Of a stretch of DNA of 64,000 nucleotides, positions 25,759-34,370 are shown in pieces. The position numbers and the translations under genes are program-made. Origin of the DNA: Candidatus Poriferisocius sp. (GTDB lineage: Bacteria > Actinomycetota > Acidimicrobiia > Acidimicrobiales > Bin134); contig OZ242341.1 of the NCBI GenBank assembly GCA_965208545.1, forward strand, positions 2,015,380 through 2,079,379, read 5' to 3'. The notes under the pieces were generated by a model. That model saw nothing but the letters and a program-made list of their open reading frames with translations. It did no database searches and was not told the DNA's origin. Within the stretch, counting starts at the first letter, position 1. Each line of letters opens with the position of its first letter.

Positions 25759-26478
25759 CTACTCAGACTCGTCTCGATCCCAGACGGGGATGCCCAGCTC
25801 CTGTTGGACCCCGTCGAACATGTCTTGGAGGATCTCCCGCAGCTCGTTGGAATACTGGGCTAGGGCATCTCGGTTCACCCGCCCCCGGTGGTCGGTCTCG
25901 GGCGGGGCCAGCGGCTCGCCCCACACGATCCGCACGGTTCGAGGCCGGGGCATCCGAACGCCGATACCCATGGCCCGCTCGGTGCCCCCGATGGCCACCG
26001 GCACCACCGGCACCTGGGCTTTGGCCGCCAGCCAGGCCACCCCATCCAACAGCGGGTGGATGCGGGTGCCCGACTTGCGCTCCCCCTCGGGGAACACCAC
26101 CAGCGGCTGCCCGGCCTCCAGCACCACCAAAGCGGCTTTGAGGGCGCTGCGGTCGATGGTGTCGCGCCGCACGGGGAAGGCGCCCATGGTCACCAGCATC
26201 CATGTGGTGATCGGACCCTTGAACAAGCCGCTCTTGGCGAAGTAGCGCAGCGGGCGCCCGGCTGATGCCCCTACCAGCGGGGTGTCGAGGTTGGAACGGT
26301 GAGTGGGGGCGATGATCACGCCGCCGTCGCGGGGCATGTTGCGCCGACCTCGGGAGTAGCAGCGGAAATACGCCCCGAACACCGCTCGGGCCAACCGCTG
26401 CACGAAGAAGTGGAAAATCACCCCGGCTAGTCGCCCCCTGGCCTCCAGTTCCTCGGGGTGAAGCTCGACCTGGTTCAT
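25759..26478 (-). CDS. plsC: 1-acyl-sn-glycerol-3-phosphate acyltransferase
   Basis: Contains the HRSNLD (HX4D) and FPEGERKSG motifs. Its start overlaps the cmk stop (ATGA). Confidence 0.85.
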   Translation of the reverse strand: MNQVELHPEELEARGRLAGVIFHFFVQRLARAVFGAYFRCYSRGRRNMPRDGGVIIAPTHRSNLDTPLVGASAGRPLRYFAKSGLFKGPITTWMLVTMGAFPVRRDTIDRSALKAALVVLEAGQPLVVFPEGERKSGTRIHPLLDGVAWLAAKAQVPVVPVAIGGTERAMGIGVRMPRPRTVRIVWGEPLAPPETDHRGRVNRDALAQYSNELREILQDMFDGVQQELGIPVWDRDESE

Positions 26479-27140
26479 CCCAATCGGGCGATCAACTCGT
26501 CTACTACTTGGTCGACGGTGAGATCGGTGGTGTCGATGTGTACGGCGTCGGGGGCTTGGGTCAGCGGGTCGTGCTGGCGGCTGGAGTCGGCTGCATCTCG
26601 GGCAGCCAGGTCGGCGGCCACCGTCTCGTAGTCGAGGGCGCTCACCTCGCCGGCCCGCCGTTCGGCCCGCACTGCAACCGACGCGCTCAGATACACCTTG
26701 AGCTCGGCGTCGGGAAACACCACCGTGCCGATGTCACGGCCCTCCAAGACCCCTCCGCCCCGTTCCACCGCCCAGGCCCGTTGGCGCACCCGCAGCACCT
26801 CTCGCACCCCGGAGATGGCCGCCACCGTGCTCACCGAGCGGGTCACTTCCGGGCCTCTGATCTGGGTGGTGGCGTCCACCCCGTCGACGACCACCGTGGT
26901 GTCATTGATTCGGATGTCGCTGGTTCGGGCCAACTCGACGATGGCTTCGGCATCGGCCAAGTCCACTTCCCGGGCCATTGCCGCGAAGGCCACCGAGCGG
27001 TACATAGCCCCGGTGTCCAGATACTCCAGTCCCAGCCGCTCGGCCAGCCGCCGGGCCACGGTGGACTTTCCCGATCCGGCCGGACCGTCGATGGCGATCA
27101 CCCGCACGCCCTCGTCCATCGCCTCGGCGGGATCGCTCAC
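26475..27140 (-). CDS. cmk: cytidylate kinase
   Basis: IAIDGPAGSGKSTVARRLA...LDTGAMYR. GTG at 27140 overlaps the aroA stop (GTGA). The longer ORF to 27704 is rejected. Confidence 0.9.
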   Translation of the reverse strand: MSDPAEAMDEGVRVIAIDGPAGSGKSTVARRLAERLGLEYLDTGAMYRSVAFAAMAREVDLADAEAIVELARTSDIRINDTTVVVDGVDATTQIRGPEVTRSVSTVAAISGVREVLRVRQRAWAVERGGGVLEGRDIGTVVFPDAELKVYLSASVAVRAERRAGEVSALDYETVAADLAARDAADSSRQHDPLTQAPDAVHIDTTDLTVDQVVDELIARLG

Positions 27141-28411
27141 GGCGTCCCTCTCGTGCTGGCGTCCAGATCGCGGGCAAAGCTCGGATAGCTGGTGTGGGTG
27201 GCCTCGAAGCCCTCGACCGTCATCGAGCCGTTGCCCACTGCTCCAGCGATGGCCGCGGCCATGGCCATCCGGTGGTCTCCACGGGAATCCACAGTACCGC
27301 TGCCCAACGCATCGGCGCGACCGACTCCGGTGATGGCCAGGGTGTCGCCGTCGATCCGGCATCCTGCGCCTAAGACTTCGAGTAGTTCGGCGACGGCCGC
27401 CACCCGGTCGGTCTCTTTGACCCGCAGCTCGCCGACGTCCTCGAACACGGTTGTGCCATCGGCGGCCGCGGCGGCCACGGCCAAAATGGGCACCTCGTCT
27501 ATGCAGCCCGGCATCTCTTGGGCCGTCACCCGGGTTGCTTTGAGCTCGCTGGTTCGAGCCCGGATATCTCCCGTTTTCGAGTCGATGGAGATGTCGGCGC
27601 CCATGCGCTGCAATATCTCGACGAAGCCTCCCCGGGCTGGACCGAGGTAGACGTTTTGCACCGTTAGGTCGCTGTTGGGGGCCGTGCAGGCGCCCACCAC
27701 CCAAAATGCGGCCTGCGAGGGGTCGCCGGGCACATCGACGTCGGGGGGGTCCACCTCACCAGGCCACACCGTGACCGAGCAGTCCCCGCGCTCCAGCTGC
27801 ACTCCGGCCGCGGCCAGCATCTCCTCGGTGTGGGCCCGGGTGGGAACCGTCTCGTGAACCGTGGTCGGCCCCTCGGCCCTCAGCGCGGCCAGCAGCACTG
27901 CGCTCTTCACCTGAGCCGAGGCCACCGGCAAGGTGTATTCGATGCCCCGCAGCCGACGGCCCTCGATGGTCAGGGGCGCCAGCGAGCCGCTGTCACCGCG
28001 GCCGGTGATTGACGCTCCCATCTCGGTCAGCGGGGTGATGATCCGGTCCATGGGCCGCTGGCGGATGGATGCGTCTCCGTCCAGGATGGTGGTGAAATCG
28101 AAGCCGGCCACCAGCCCGGCCATCAGCCGGATGCCGGTGCCGGAGTTCCCCAGGTCGATGGGGCCGCGGGCGCCGCTCATTCCCCCGGTGACGGTCACCT
28201 CACCAGATTCGGCCACCTCCACTTGTGCGCCCAGCGCCTCGACGGCGAGGCGAGTACGGACCACGTCGTCGCCGTCGGAGAGGCCCCTTATGGTGCACGG
28301 CCGTTGGCCCAAACCAGCGATCATCAGCGCCCGGTGGGAGATCGACTTGTCGCCGGGCACCCGCAGGCCCCCGGTGAACCGTCGACTCCCGTCAACGGAG
28401 ATGGCGGTCAC
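27137..28411 (-). CDS. aroA: 3-phosphoshikimate 1-carboxyvinyltransferase (EPSP synthase)
   Basis: LRVPGDKSISHRALM...LGNSGTGIRLMAG...RVKETDR...DHRMAMA. GTG at 28411 overlaps the tyrA stop (GTGA). Confidence 0.9.
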   Translation of the reverse strand: MTAISVDGSRRFTGGLRVPGDKSISHRALMIAGLGQRPCTIRGLSDGDDVVRTRLAVEALGAQVEVAESGEVTVTGGMSGARGPIDLGNSGTGIRLMAGLVAGFDFTTILDGDASIRQRPMDRIITPLTEMGASITGRGDSGSLAPLTIEGRRLRGIEYTLPVASAQVKSAVLLAALRAEGPTTVHETVPTRAHTEEMLAAAGVQLERGDCSVTVWPGEVDPPDVDVPGDPSQAAFWVVGACTAPNSDLTVQNVYLGPARGGFVEILQRMGADISIDSKTGDIRARTSELKATRVTAQEMPGCIDEVPILAVAAAAADGTTVFEDVGELRVKETDRVAAVAELLEVLGAGCRIDGDTLAITGVGRADALGSGTVDSRGDHRMAMAAAIAGAVGNGSMTVEGFEATHTSYPSFARDLDASTRGTP

Positions 28412-29553
28412 GACAGAACTCGCGACGACGGGGCGTAGCCCTGCTCTCTGAGGGCCCCCAACAGGCCCTCGGACGCTTCGGTATTGACCACCAGGATGGC
28501 CACGCCTTGGCCGCCCTCCACCGAGTGGGCGATCTCCAAATCGAAGATGTTCACCCCGATGTCGGTGGTGAGGCTGGTGATGCGGGCCAGCTCGCCGGGG
28601 CGGTCGAACACCGGCACCCTCACCTCCGACAGCGAAACGTCTCGGTCTAGGCCATAGGGCAGATGGGATCGGGCGCTGCGAGCCTGTTCCAGCAGCTCCA
28701 ACAACCCGCCCCGGTTGCCGTCGGCCACCAGGGTACGCACGTCGGCCAGGGCCTCGATGAAGCGGTCGAGCACCGAGCAGATGGCCTCGGAGTTCTCGTC
28801 GCAGATGTCGGGCCAGATGCCGGGATGCCCCGAGGCGATGCGGGTCATGTCCCGGAAGCCGCCGGCGGCCAGCCGCAGCATCACCTGGTGCTCCTCTGAG
28901 CGCTCGTCGGCCAACGCCATGAGCGTGGCGGCGGTGAGATGGGGGACGTGCGACACCACCGCCACCAATGCGTCGTGGCGCTCGGGGGCCAGCGATACGA
29001 CGTCGGCCCCGAGAGAGGCCACCACCGAGCGGATCCGAACCAGGGATTCGTCGTCGGTTTCGTTGGTGGGGGTGAGCACCCACACCGCGTTTCGGAACAG
29101 GTCGGCCCGGGCCCCGGCCACCCCCTCCTGCTCGCTGCCGGCCATGGGGTGGCCGCCCACAAAATGGGGGCTGTCCACCGCCGACACGATCGGGGCCTTC
29201 ACGCTGCCCACGTCGGTGACCGGGCCGCGCCCTGCGGCCAGGGCCTTGCGGGCCTCGGGGGCGGTCGATCCCACCGGGGTGGCCACAAAGGTGATGTCGG
29301 CGTCGGTGGGCGGCCCTACCTCATCGAGGGCGCCCCGGCGCCGCGCCTCGGCGGCCACCGCCTCGTCTTGATCGGTTCCGGTGACCCACCAGCCCCGCTC
29401 TCGCAGGGCCAGCCCGATGGAGCCGCCGATCAGCCCGGTGCCGATGATGGCGGCCGAGCCCGAGACTCCCGGCTCCCCGGTGCCGATGATGGCGGCCGAG
29501 CCCGAGACTCCCGGCTCCCCGGTGCCGATGATGGCGGCCCGCTGTGCTGCCAT
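28408..29553 (-). CDS. tyrA: prephenate dehydrogenase (N-terminus carries a tandem repeat)
   Basis: Rossmann motif IIGTGLIGGSIG, then GGHPMAGSE, and a C-terminal ACT-like domain. ATG at 29553 shares one nucleotide with the aroH stop (TGATG). Confidence 0.85.
   Translation of the reverse strand: MAAQRAAIIGTGEPGVSGSAAIIGTGEPGVSGSAAIIGTGLIGGSIGLALRERGWWVTGTDQDEAVAAEARRRGALDEVGPPTDADITFVATPVGSTAPEARKALAAGRGPVTDVGSVKAPIVSAVDSPHFVGGHPMAGSEQEGVAGARADLFRNAVWVLTPTNETDDESLVRIRSVVASLGADVVSLAPERHDALVAVVSHVPHLTAATLMALADERSEEHQVMLRLAAGGFRDMTRIASGHPGIWPDICDENSEAICSVLDRFIEALADVRTLVADGNRGGLLELLEQARSARSHLPYGLDRDVSLSEVRVPVFDRPGELARITSLTTDIGVNIFDLEIAHSVEGGQGVAILVVNTEASEGLLGALREQGYAPSSRVLS
29437..29539 (-). repeat. 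perfect 42-bp tandem repeat, 2.45 copies, in frame within tyrA
   Basis: GGTGCCGATGATGGCGGCCGAGCCCGAGACTCCCGGCTCCCC occurs at 29437-29478 and 29479-29520. The first 19 nt recur at 29521-29539. Confidence 0.95.
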
Positions 29554-29921
29554 CACTCGGGAAGGTCGTCGCGCAGCCCTCGTGCGCCTTCCAGGTAGAT
29601 GTGGTGCAACTCGTCGCGCCCCCGCTCCGTGTTCAGATGGATCAGCACCCGCAGGCACAGCGGCGTTCCGTCTTCGATGTCCAGCTCCTGGGCGCAGAGC
29701 AGCGGCACGTCGCCAAGGCCGAATTTCCGGGCCGCGGCCGCGGGGAAGGCCGAGTTGATGTCGGAGGTGGCGGTGAAGACGACGCTGATCAGGTGGCTGT
29801 GATGGATGTCGTTTCGTTCGAACATCTCGGACAACAGCGCGACGATCCTCTCCTCCATATGCTCGGCGGTGTCGACATCGATGGTGGTGGCGCCCCGCAG
29901 GGCGCGCACGGCGCTGCTCAC
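29553..29921 (-). CDS. aroH: chorismate mutase, AroH class
   Basis: VRALRGATTIDVDTAEHMEERIVALLSEMFERN...VVFTATSDINSAFPAAAARKFGLGDVPLLCAQE...CLRVLIHL resembles B. subtilis AroH. The start is GTG 29921 or TTG 29927. The longer ORF to 30113 overlaps rluB. Confidence 0.8.
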   Translation of the reverse strand: MSSAVRALRGATTIDVDTAEHMEERIVALLSEMFERNDIHHSHLISVVFTATSDINSAFPAAAARKFGLGDVPLLCAQELDIEDGTPLCLRVLIHLNTERGRDELHHIYLEGARGLRDDLPE

Positions 29922-29959
29922 GGCCAAAATTGTACCGACCCCTGGATGCGGCCCTGAAC

Positions 29960-30682
29960 TCAGTTGCCGGTGAGTTCGGTCCCCTGGCGCTCGAGTTCCC
30001 GGACTTCGCTGGGTCTGAGCACTCGCCACTGGCCGGGCGGCAGCTTTCGATCGGCCAGTGAGCCGATGCGGGTGCGGACCAGTCGGATCACGGGATGGCC
30101 GACTGCCTCGCACATCCGCCGCACCAGACGGTTGCGGCCCTCGTGGACCACGATGCGGATCACCGACGGCTCGGGTAGCGACACCGCCACCGCTTGGGCG
30201 GCGCCGTCGTCCAGCTCTACTCCCTCGCGCAGCTTTCTCAGCGCCCCGCGGCTGGGTCGGCCCTCCACGTGGGCCAGGTACTCCTTGGGCACCCCGAAGG
30301 AGGGATGGGTCAGCCGGTGGGTCAGCCCCCCGTCGTTGGTGAGCAACAACAGCCCCTCGCTGTCGGCGTCCAGGCGGCCCACCGGGAACACCCGGGGCTC
30401 TTCGGGCACCATGTCCACCACAATGGGGCGGCCCTGGGGATCGGATGCGGTGGTTACCACTCCGGGCGGCTTGTTGAGCAGGTAGTACACCAGGTCGGTC
30501 CGCAGCCCCACGGGGACGCCGTCCACCTCCACGGCGTCGTGGTCGGGATCTACCCGCTGGCCGAGCCGGGCGGGCTGTCCATTGACCGTGATGCGGCCCT
30601 CGGCCACCATCTCCTCCACTGCCCGGCGACTGGCCACCCCGGCGGCGGCCAAGACCTTCTGGATCCGCTCAGGCTCGCTCAC
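29960..30682 (-). CDS. rluB: pseudouridine synthase (RluB/RsuA family)
   Basis: S4 domain (RIQKVLAAAGVASRRAVEEMVAEGRITVNG) and the catalytic motif VGRLDADSEGLLLLTNDG. Confidence 0.85.
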   Translation of the reverse strand: MSEPERIQKVLAAAGVASRRAVEEMVAEGRITVNGQPARLGQRVDPDHDAVEVDGVPVGLRTDLVYYLLNKPPGVVTTASDPQGRPIVVDMVPEEPRVFPVGRLDADSEGLLLLTNDGGLTHRLTHPSFGVPKEYLAHVEGRPSRGALRKLREGVELDDGAAQAVAVSLPEPSVIRIVVHEGRNRLVRRMCEAVGHPVIRLVRTRIGSLADRKLPPGQWRVLRPSEVRELERQGTELTGN

Positions 30683-31299
30683 ACTTCCAGCGCATCGCTG
30701 TTGCCGCTCTCGGGCAGCGGCGCGGGGCGGCTGTCGGCCATCAGACTGGTCTCCAGGGCCTCGATCACCTCGGCGCCGGGCACGAAGTCGACCAACGGGG
30801 GCAGCTCTTCGAGGGAGTCGAGCCCCAGCCGCTCCAAAAAGGCCGGGGTGGTGGCGAAGAGGCGGGCCTGGCCCGGGCCGGGGTCACGGCCCACTTCCTG
30901 CACCAGTCCCCGGTGCTGGAGGGTGCGCATGGCCCCCTCGGCGTTCACCCCCCGGATGGCCGACACCTGGGCCCGCGACAGGGGCTGCTTGTAGGCCACG
31001 ATGGCCAGGGTCTCCAGGGCGGCCGACGACAGGCGGGAGCTCTGGCCGCTGACCACGAACCGCTTCACGTACGACTCGGCATCGGGGTGGCTGCGGAACC
31101 GATAGCCGCCGGCCACCCGGACCAGTTCGAATCCCCGGCCCTCGGCCCGGTACTCCTCGGCCAACTGGTCGCAGATGGCCTCCACCTGCCCGGTGGGGAT
31201 TTCGATGAGCTGGGCCATCAGCCCCGGTGGGACCGGCTCCTCGGCGACCATCACGATGGCCTCCACCGCCCGGCGGGCCTCAAGGCTGTCATCGGTCAT
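30679..31299 (-). CDS. scpB: segregation and condensation protein B
   Basis: EAIVMVAEEPV...GGYRFRS...LSSAALETLAIVAYKQPLSRAQVSAIRGV. Confidence 0.9.
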   Translation of the reverse strand: MTDDSLEARRAVEAIVMVAEEPVPPGLMAQLIEIPTGQVEAICDQLAEEYRAEGRGFELVRVAGGYRFRSHPDAESYVKRFVVSGQSSRLSSAALETLAIVAYKQPLSRAQVSAIRGVNAEGAMRTLQHRGLVQEVGRDPGPGQARLFATTPAFLERLGLDSLEELPPLVDFVPGAEVIEALETSLMADSRPAPLPESGNSDALEV

Positions 31300-31329
31300 G
31301 GGCTTTTGCTTCCCCGCTCGGCTCGATGC

Positions 31330-32139
31330 TCATCCGTCATAGGAGTCCACCCCGACCAGCGGCTCGTCGAATTCGCCCTGGCCGGTCCAGGTGATGGCGA
31401 TGCGGCCGAACGTCGAGGCCTGCAACACGTCCACCATGCCCCGCTTGTAGAGCTCCAGCACGGCCAGGAAGTACACCACCACCTCGATGCCGGACTCCAG
31501 ATCCTCGGTCAGCTCCCGGAATCCCACCGTCCCGATCTCGGGCAGCCGCTCCATGAGGTCGGCGGCCACCTCGTCCACGCTGATGGGGATGTCGGTGATG
31601 TGCTGCACGTTCACCCGAGGGGTGGGCCGGGCCACGGTGGCCCGCAGGAATGCGGCCCGGAGATCGTCGGGGCCGATCCCCTCCAAGAAGTCGGGCACCA
31701 AATCTACGTAGCGCTCATCGGGTCCCGCCGTGCGGGGCAGGGCGCGCCCAGCCACTGCGGCCAATTGCTCCAGGGCTTGGGACACCCCTTTGAAGGTCTG
31801 GCACTCCAGCAGGCGGGCCAATAGCAGGTCGCGCTCTGACCACAGGGCCAGCTCCTCGTCGAGGTCGAGCGAATCGCCGTCGGGCAAAAGGCGGCTGCTC
31901 TTGAGCTGGACCAGCGTGGCCGCGATCAAGAGGAACTCGGTGGCCACGCCCAGGTTGAGATGCTCCATGCGGTTCAGCTCGGCCAGGTAGGCGTCCACGA
32001 TGTCGCCCACCCTCACTTCATAGAGGTCGACCTCGTCGCGCAAGATGAGGTGCAACAGCAGGTCGAAGGGGCCCTCGAAAACCTCGGTTCGCACTTCGAA
32101 CGGACCTTCGGACACCTCCGTTCTCACCTGTGCGACCAC
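31330..32139 (-). CDS. scpA: segregation and condensation protein A
   Basis: FEGPFDLLLHLILRDEVDLYEVRVGDIVDAYL...LLIAATLVQLKSSRLLP. The true start may be GTG 32094, after a diverged 33-bp duplication. Confidence 0.9.
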   Translation of the reverse strand: MVAQVRTEVSEGPFEVRTEVFEGPFDLLLHLILRDEVDLYEVRVGDIVDAYLAELNRMEHLNLGVATEFLLIAATLVQLKSSRLLPDGDSLDLDEELALWSERDLLLARLLECQTFKGVSQALEQLAAVAGRALPRTAGPDERYVDLVPDFLEGIGPDDLRAAFLRATVARPTPRVNVQHITDIPISVDEVAADLMERLPEIGTVGFRELTEDLESGIEVVVYFLAVLELYKRGMVDVLQASTFGRIAITWTGQGEFDEPLVGVDSYDG

Positions 32140-32207
32140 CCGCCAAGTGTAGAACTCGCCCTTTACCGCTTCGGGGTTTTCGGATCCAGGCGGGTAGTTT
32201 GACCGGC

Positions 32208-33194
32208 GTGGCTCGAGTGTTCTCAGGCATCCAACCGTCTGGCGGCATGCACCTGGGCAATCTGCTGGGCGCGCTGCGCAACTGGGTGGCCTACCAGCAC
32301 GAGCACGACGCGGTGTACTGCGTGGTTGATCTCCACGCGCTGACCACCGCCCCCGACCCGGCCGAGCTGCGGGACAACACCCTGGCTGCGGCGGCCATGC
32401 TTCTGTCGGTGGGCATCGACCCCGATCGGTCCACCCTGTTCGTGCAGAGCTCGGTGAGCGAACACGCCGAGCTGGCCTGGATGATGGAGTGCACCGTGGG
32501 CTTCGGAGAGCTGCGCCGCATGACCCAGTTCAAGGACAAGTCCGACCGGACTGAATTCGTGTCGGCCGGGCTGTTCACCTACCCCGCCCTCCAGGCGTCG
32601 GACATCTTGCTGTACGACACCGACCTGGTGCCGGTGGGCGACGACCAGCGCCAGCACATCGAGCTGTGCCGGGACATCGCCGAGCGCTTCAACCGGCGCT
32701 ACGGCGAGACTTTTGTGGTGCCCGCCCATGTGATCCCCGAGGCGGGGGCCCGGGTGATGGACCTCCAGAATCCCGCCGACAAGATGTCCAAGTCGCTGGA
32801 GTCGGCCGGGACCGTCGGAGTGCTGGAGGAGTCCAACAGCGTGACCCGCAAGTTCAAGCGGGCGGTGACCGACAGCGACAACGAGGTCCACTACGACCCC
32901 AGCGCCAAGCCGGGGGTGTCGAATTTGCTGGGCATCCTGGCATCGGCCACCGGGCGGACCCCAGAAGCGGTGGCCGACGACTACGCCCAGTACGGGCCGC
33001 TCAAGGCCGACACCGCCGAGGCGGTGAACGAGCTGCTCTCTCCTATCAGGGAGCGATACGCCGAGCTGTCGTCGGACCCCGGTGAGATCGCCCGGGTGCT
33101 GGCCGCCGGGGCCGACAAAGCCCGGACGGTGGCGGCGGCCACCCTGAACAGAGCCCGCGACAACGCGGGGCTCATCCCCCGCTCCCCCGCATAA
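32208..33194 (+). CDS. trpS: tryptophan--tRNA ligase
   Basis: FSGIQPSGGMHLGNLLG (HIGH-type motif) and KMSKS. GTG 32208 was chosen, with TTG 32199 as an alternative. Confidence 0.9.
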   Translation: MARVFSGIQPSGGMHLGNLLGALRNWVAYQHEHDAVYCVVDLHALTTAPDPAELRDNTLAAAAMLLSVGIDPDRSTLFVQSSVSEHAELAWMMECTVGFGELRRMTQFKDKSDRTEFVSAGLFTYPALQASDILLYDTDLVPVGDDQRQHIELCRDIAERFNRRYGETFVVPAHVIPEAGARVMDLQNPADKMSKSLESAGTVGVLEESNSVTRKFKRAVTDSDNEVHYDPSAKPGVSNLLGILASATGRTPEAVADDYAQYGPLKADTAEAVNELLSPIRERYAELSSDPGEIARVLAAGADKARTVAAATLNRARDNAGLIPRSPA

Positions 33195-33220
33195 CCACAA
33201 GCATCCACCTGAGGAGACCC

Positions 33221-34351
33221 GTGTCCGAGATCACCCCGTTCACCGTCGAAATCCCCGATGCCGCCCTGGAGGACCTTCGGCGCCGCCTGAGGGAGGCCCG
33301 CTGGCCCGACCAGATTCCCGGCGTCGGCTGGGACTACGGCGCGGATATGGCCTACATCCAAGAGCTGGCCCGGTATTGGGCCGACGAGTACGACTGGCGG
33401 GCGGCGGAGGCCGAGCTGAACGAGCTCGACCACTTCACCACCACCATCGACGGCCAGAACATCCACTTCATCCACCAGCGCTCCCCCCATCCCGATGCCT
33501 ATCCCCTGGTCATCAGCCACGGATGGCCGGGATCGGTGGTGGAGTTCCTCGACATGATCGGGTCGCTGACCAACCCCGACGACCCGGCCGACGCCTTCCA
33601 TGTGGTGGCTCCCTCGCTGCCCGGTTACGGCTTCTCAGGGCCGACCGCCGACCGGGGATGGGACACCGCCCGCACCGCCAAGGCGTTCGCCGAGCTGATG
33701 GCGCGGTTGGGATACGGGCGCTACGGAGCCCAGGGGGGTGACTGGGGCTCGATGATCTCCCAGAACATCGGACGATACGACCCCGACCACTGCGAAGCGG
33801 TACACGTGAACTTCCTGTTCGCCACCGCCCCCGAGGGAGGGCCCGGCGAGCTCACCGAGGCCGAGCAGGCCGGTCTGGCCCGGGCCAACCTCTACTTCAC
33901 CGAGGGCGCGGGCTACATGCAGATCCAGAGCACCAAGCCCCAGACCCTGTCCTACGGCCTGACCGACTCCGCCGTAGGCCAGCTGGCGTGGATCGCCGAG
34001 AAGTTCCTGGCCTGGACCGACAACGACGGCACCATCGAATCGGCGGTGAGCCGCGACCGTCTGCTCACCAACATCTCGCTGTACTGGTTCACCGCCACCG
34101 CGGGCTCTTCGGCCCGGATGTACTACGAGACGCTTCGGCCCGGCGGGGCCGGGCTGGGCGACCCTCTCGAAACCCCTCTGGGGATGGCCAGCTTTCCCAT
34201 GGAGATCATGCAAGCCCCCCGGCACTGGCTGGACGACAACTACAACATCGTCCACTGGTCCAACATGGATGAGGGAGGCCACTTCGCGGCCATGGAGGAG
34301 CCCGAGGCCCTGGCCACCGACATCCGCGAGTTCTTCCGCCGCTTTCGGTAG
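33221..34351 (+). CDS. epoxide hydrolase (alpha/beta hydrolase with EHN N-terminal domain)
   Basis: PFTVEIPDAALEDLRRRL...WPD..., HGWPGS oxyanion motif, PGYGFS. Confidence 0.85.
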   Translation: MSEITPFTVEIPDAALEDLRRRLREARWPDQIPGVGWDYGADMAYIQELARYWADEYDWRAAEAELNELDHFTTTIDGQNIHFIHQRSPHPDAYPLVISHGWPGSVVEFLDMIGSLTNPDDPADAFHVVAPSLPGYGFSGPTADRGWDTARTAKAFAELMARLGYGRYGAQGGDWGSMISQNIGRYDPDHCEAVHVNFLFATAPEGGPGELTEAEQAGLARANLYFTEGAGYMQIQSTKPQTLSYGLTDSAVGQLAWIAEKFLAWTDNDGTIESAVSRDRLLTNISLYWFTATAGSSARMYYETLRPGGAGLGDPLETPLGMASFPMEIMQAPRHWLDDNYNIVHWSNMDEGGHFAAMEEPEALATDIREFFRRFR

Positions 34352-34370
34352 TGCATAGTAAGAACTCACT

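Noticed and set aside
26475-29658. Long N-terminal extensions of ORFs 26475..27704, 27137..29083 and 28408..29658
   Set aside because: The extensions overlap the upstream genes out of frame and are Arg/Gly/Pro-rich. Conserved N-termini (cmk P-loop, aroA LRVPGDKS, tyrA Rossmann loop) begin right after starts that overlap the upstream stops.
32140-32207. T-box leader upstream of trpS
   Set aside because: The leader is only about 70-110 nt, which is too short for a T-box riboswitch. I saw no specifier or terminator architecture.
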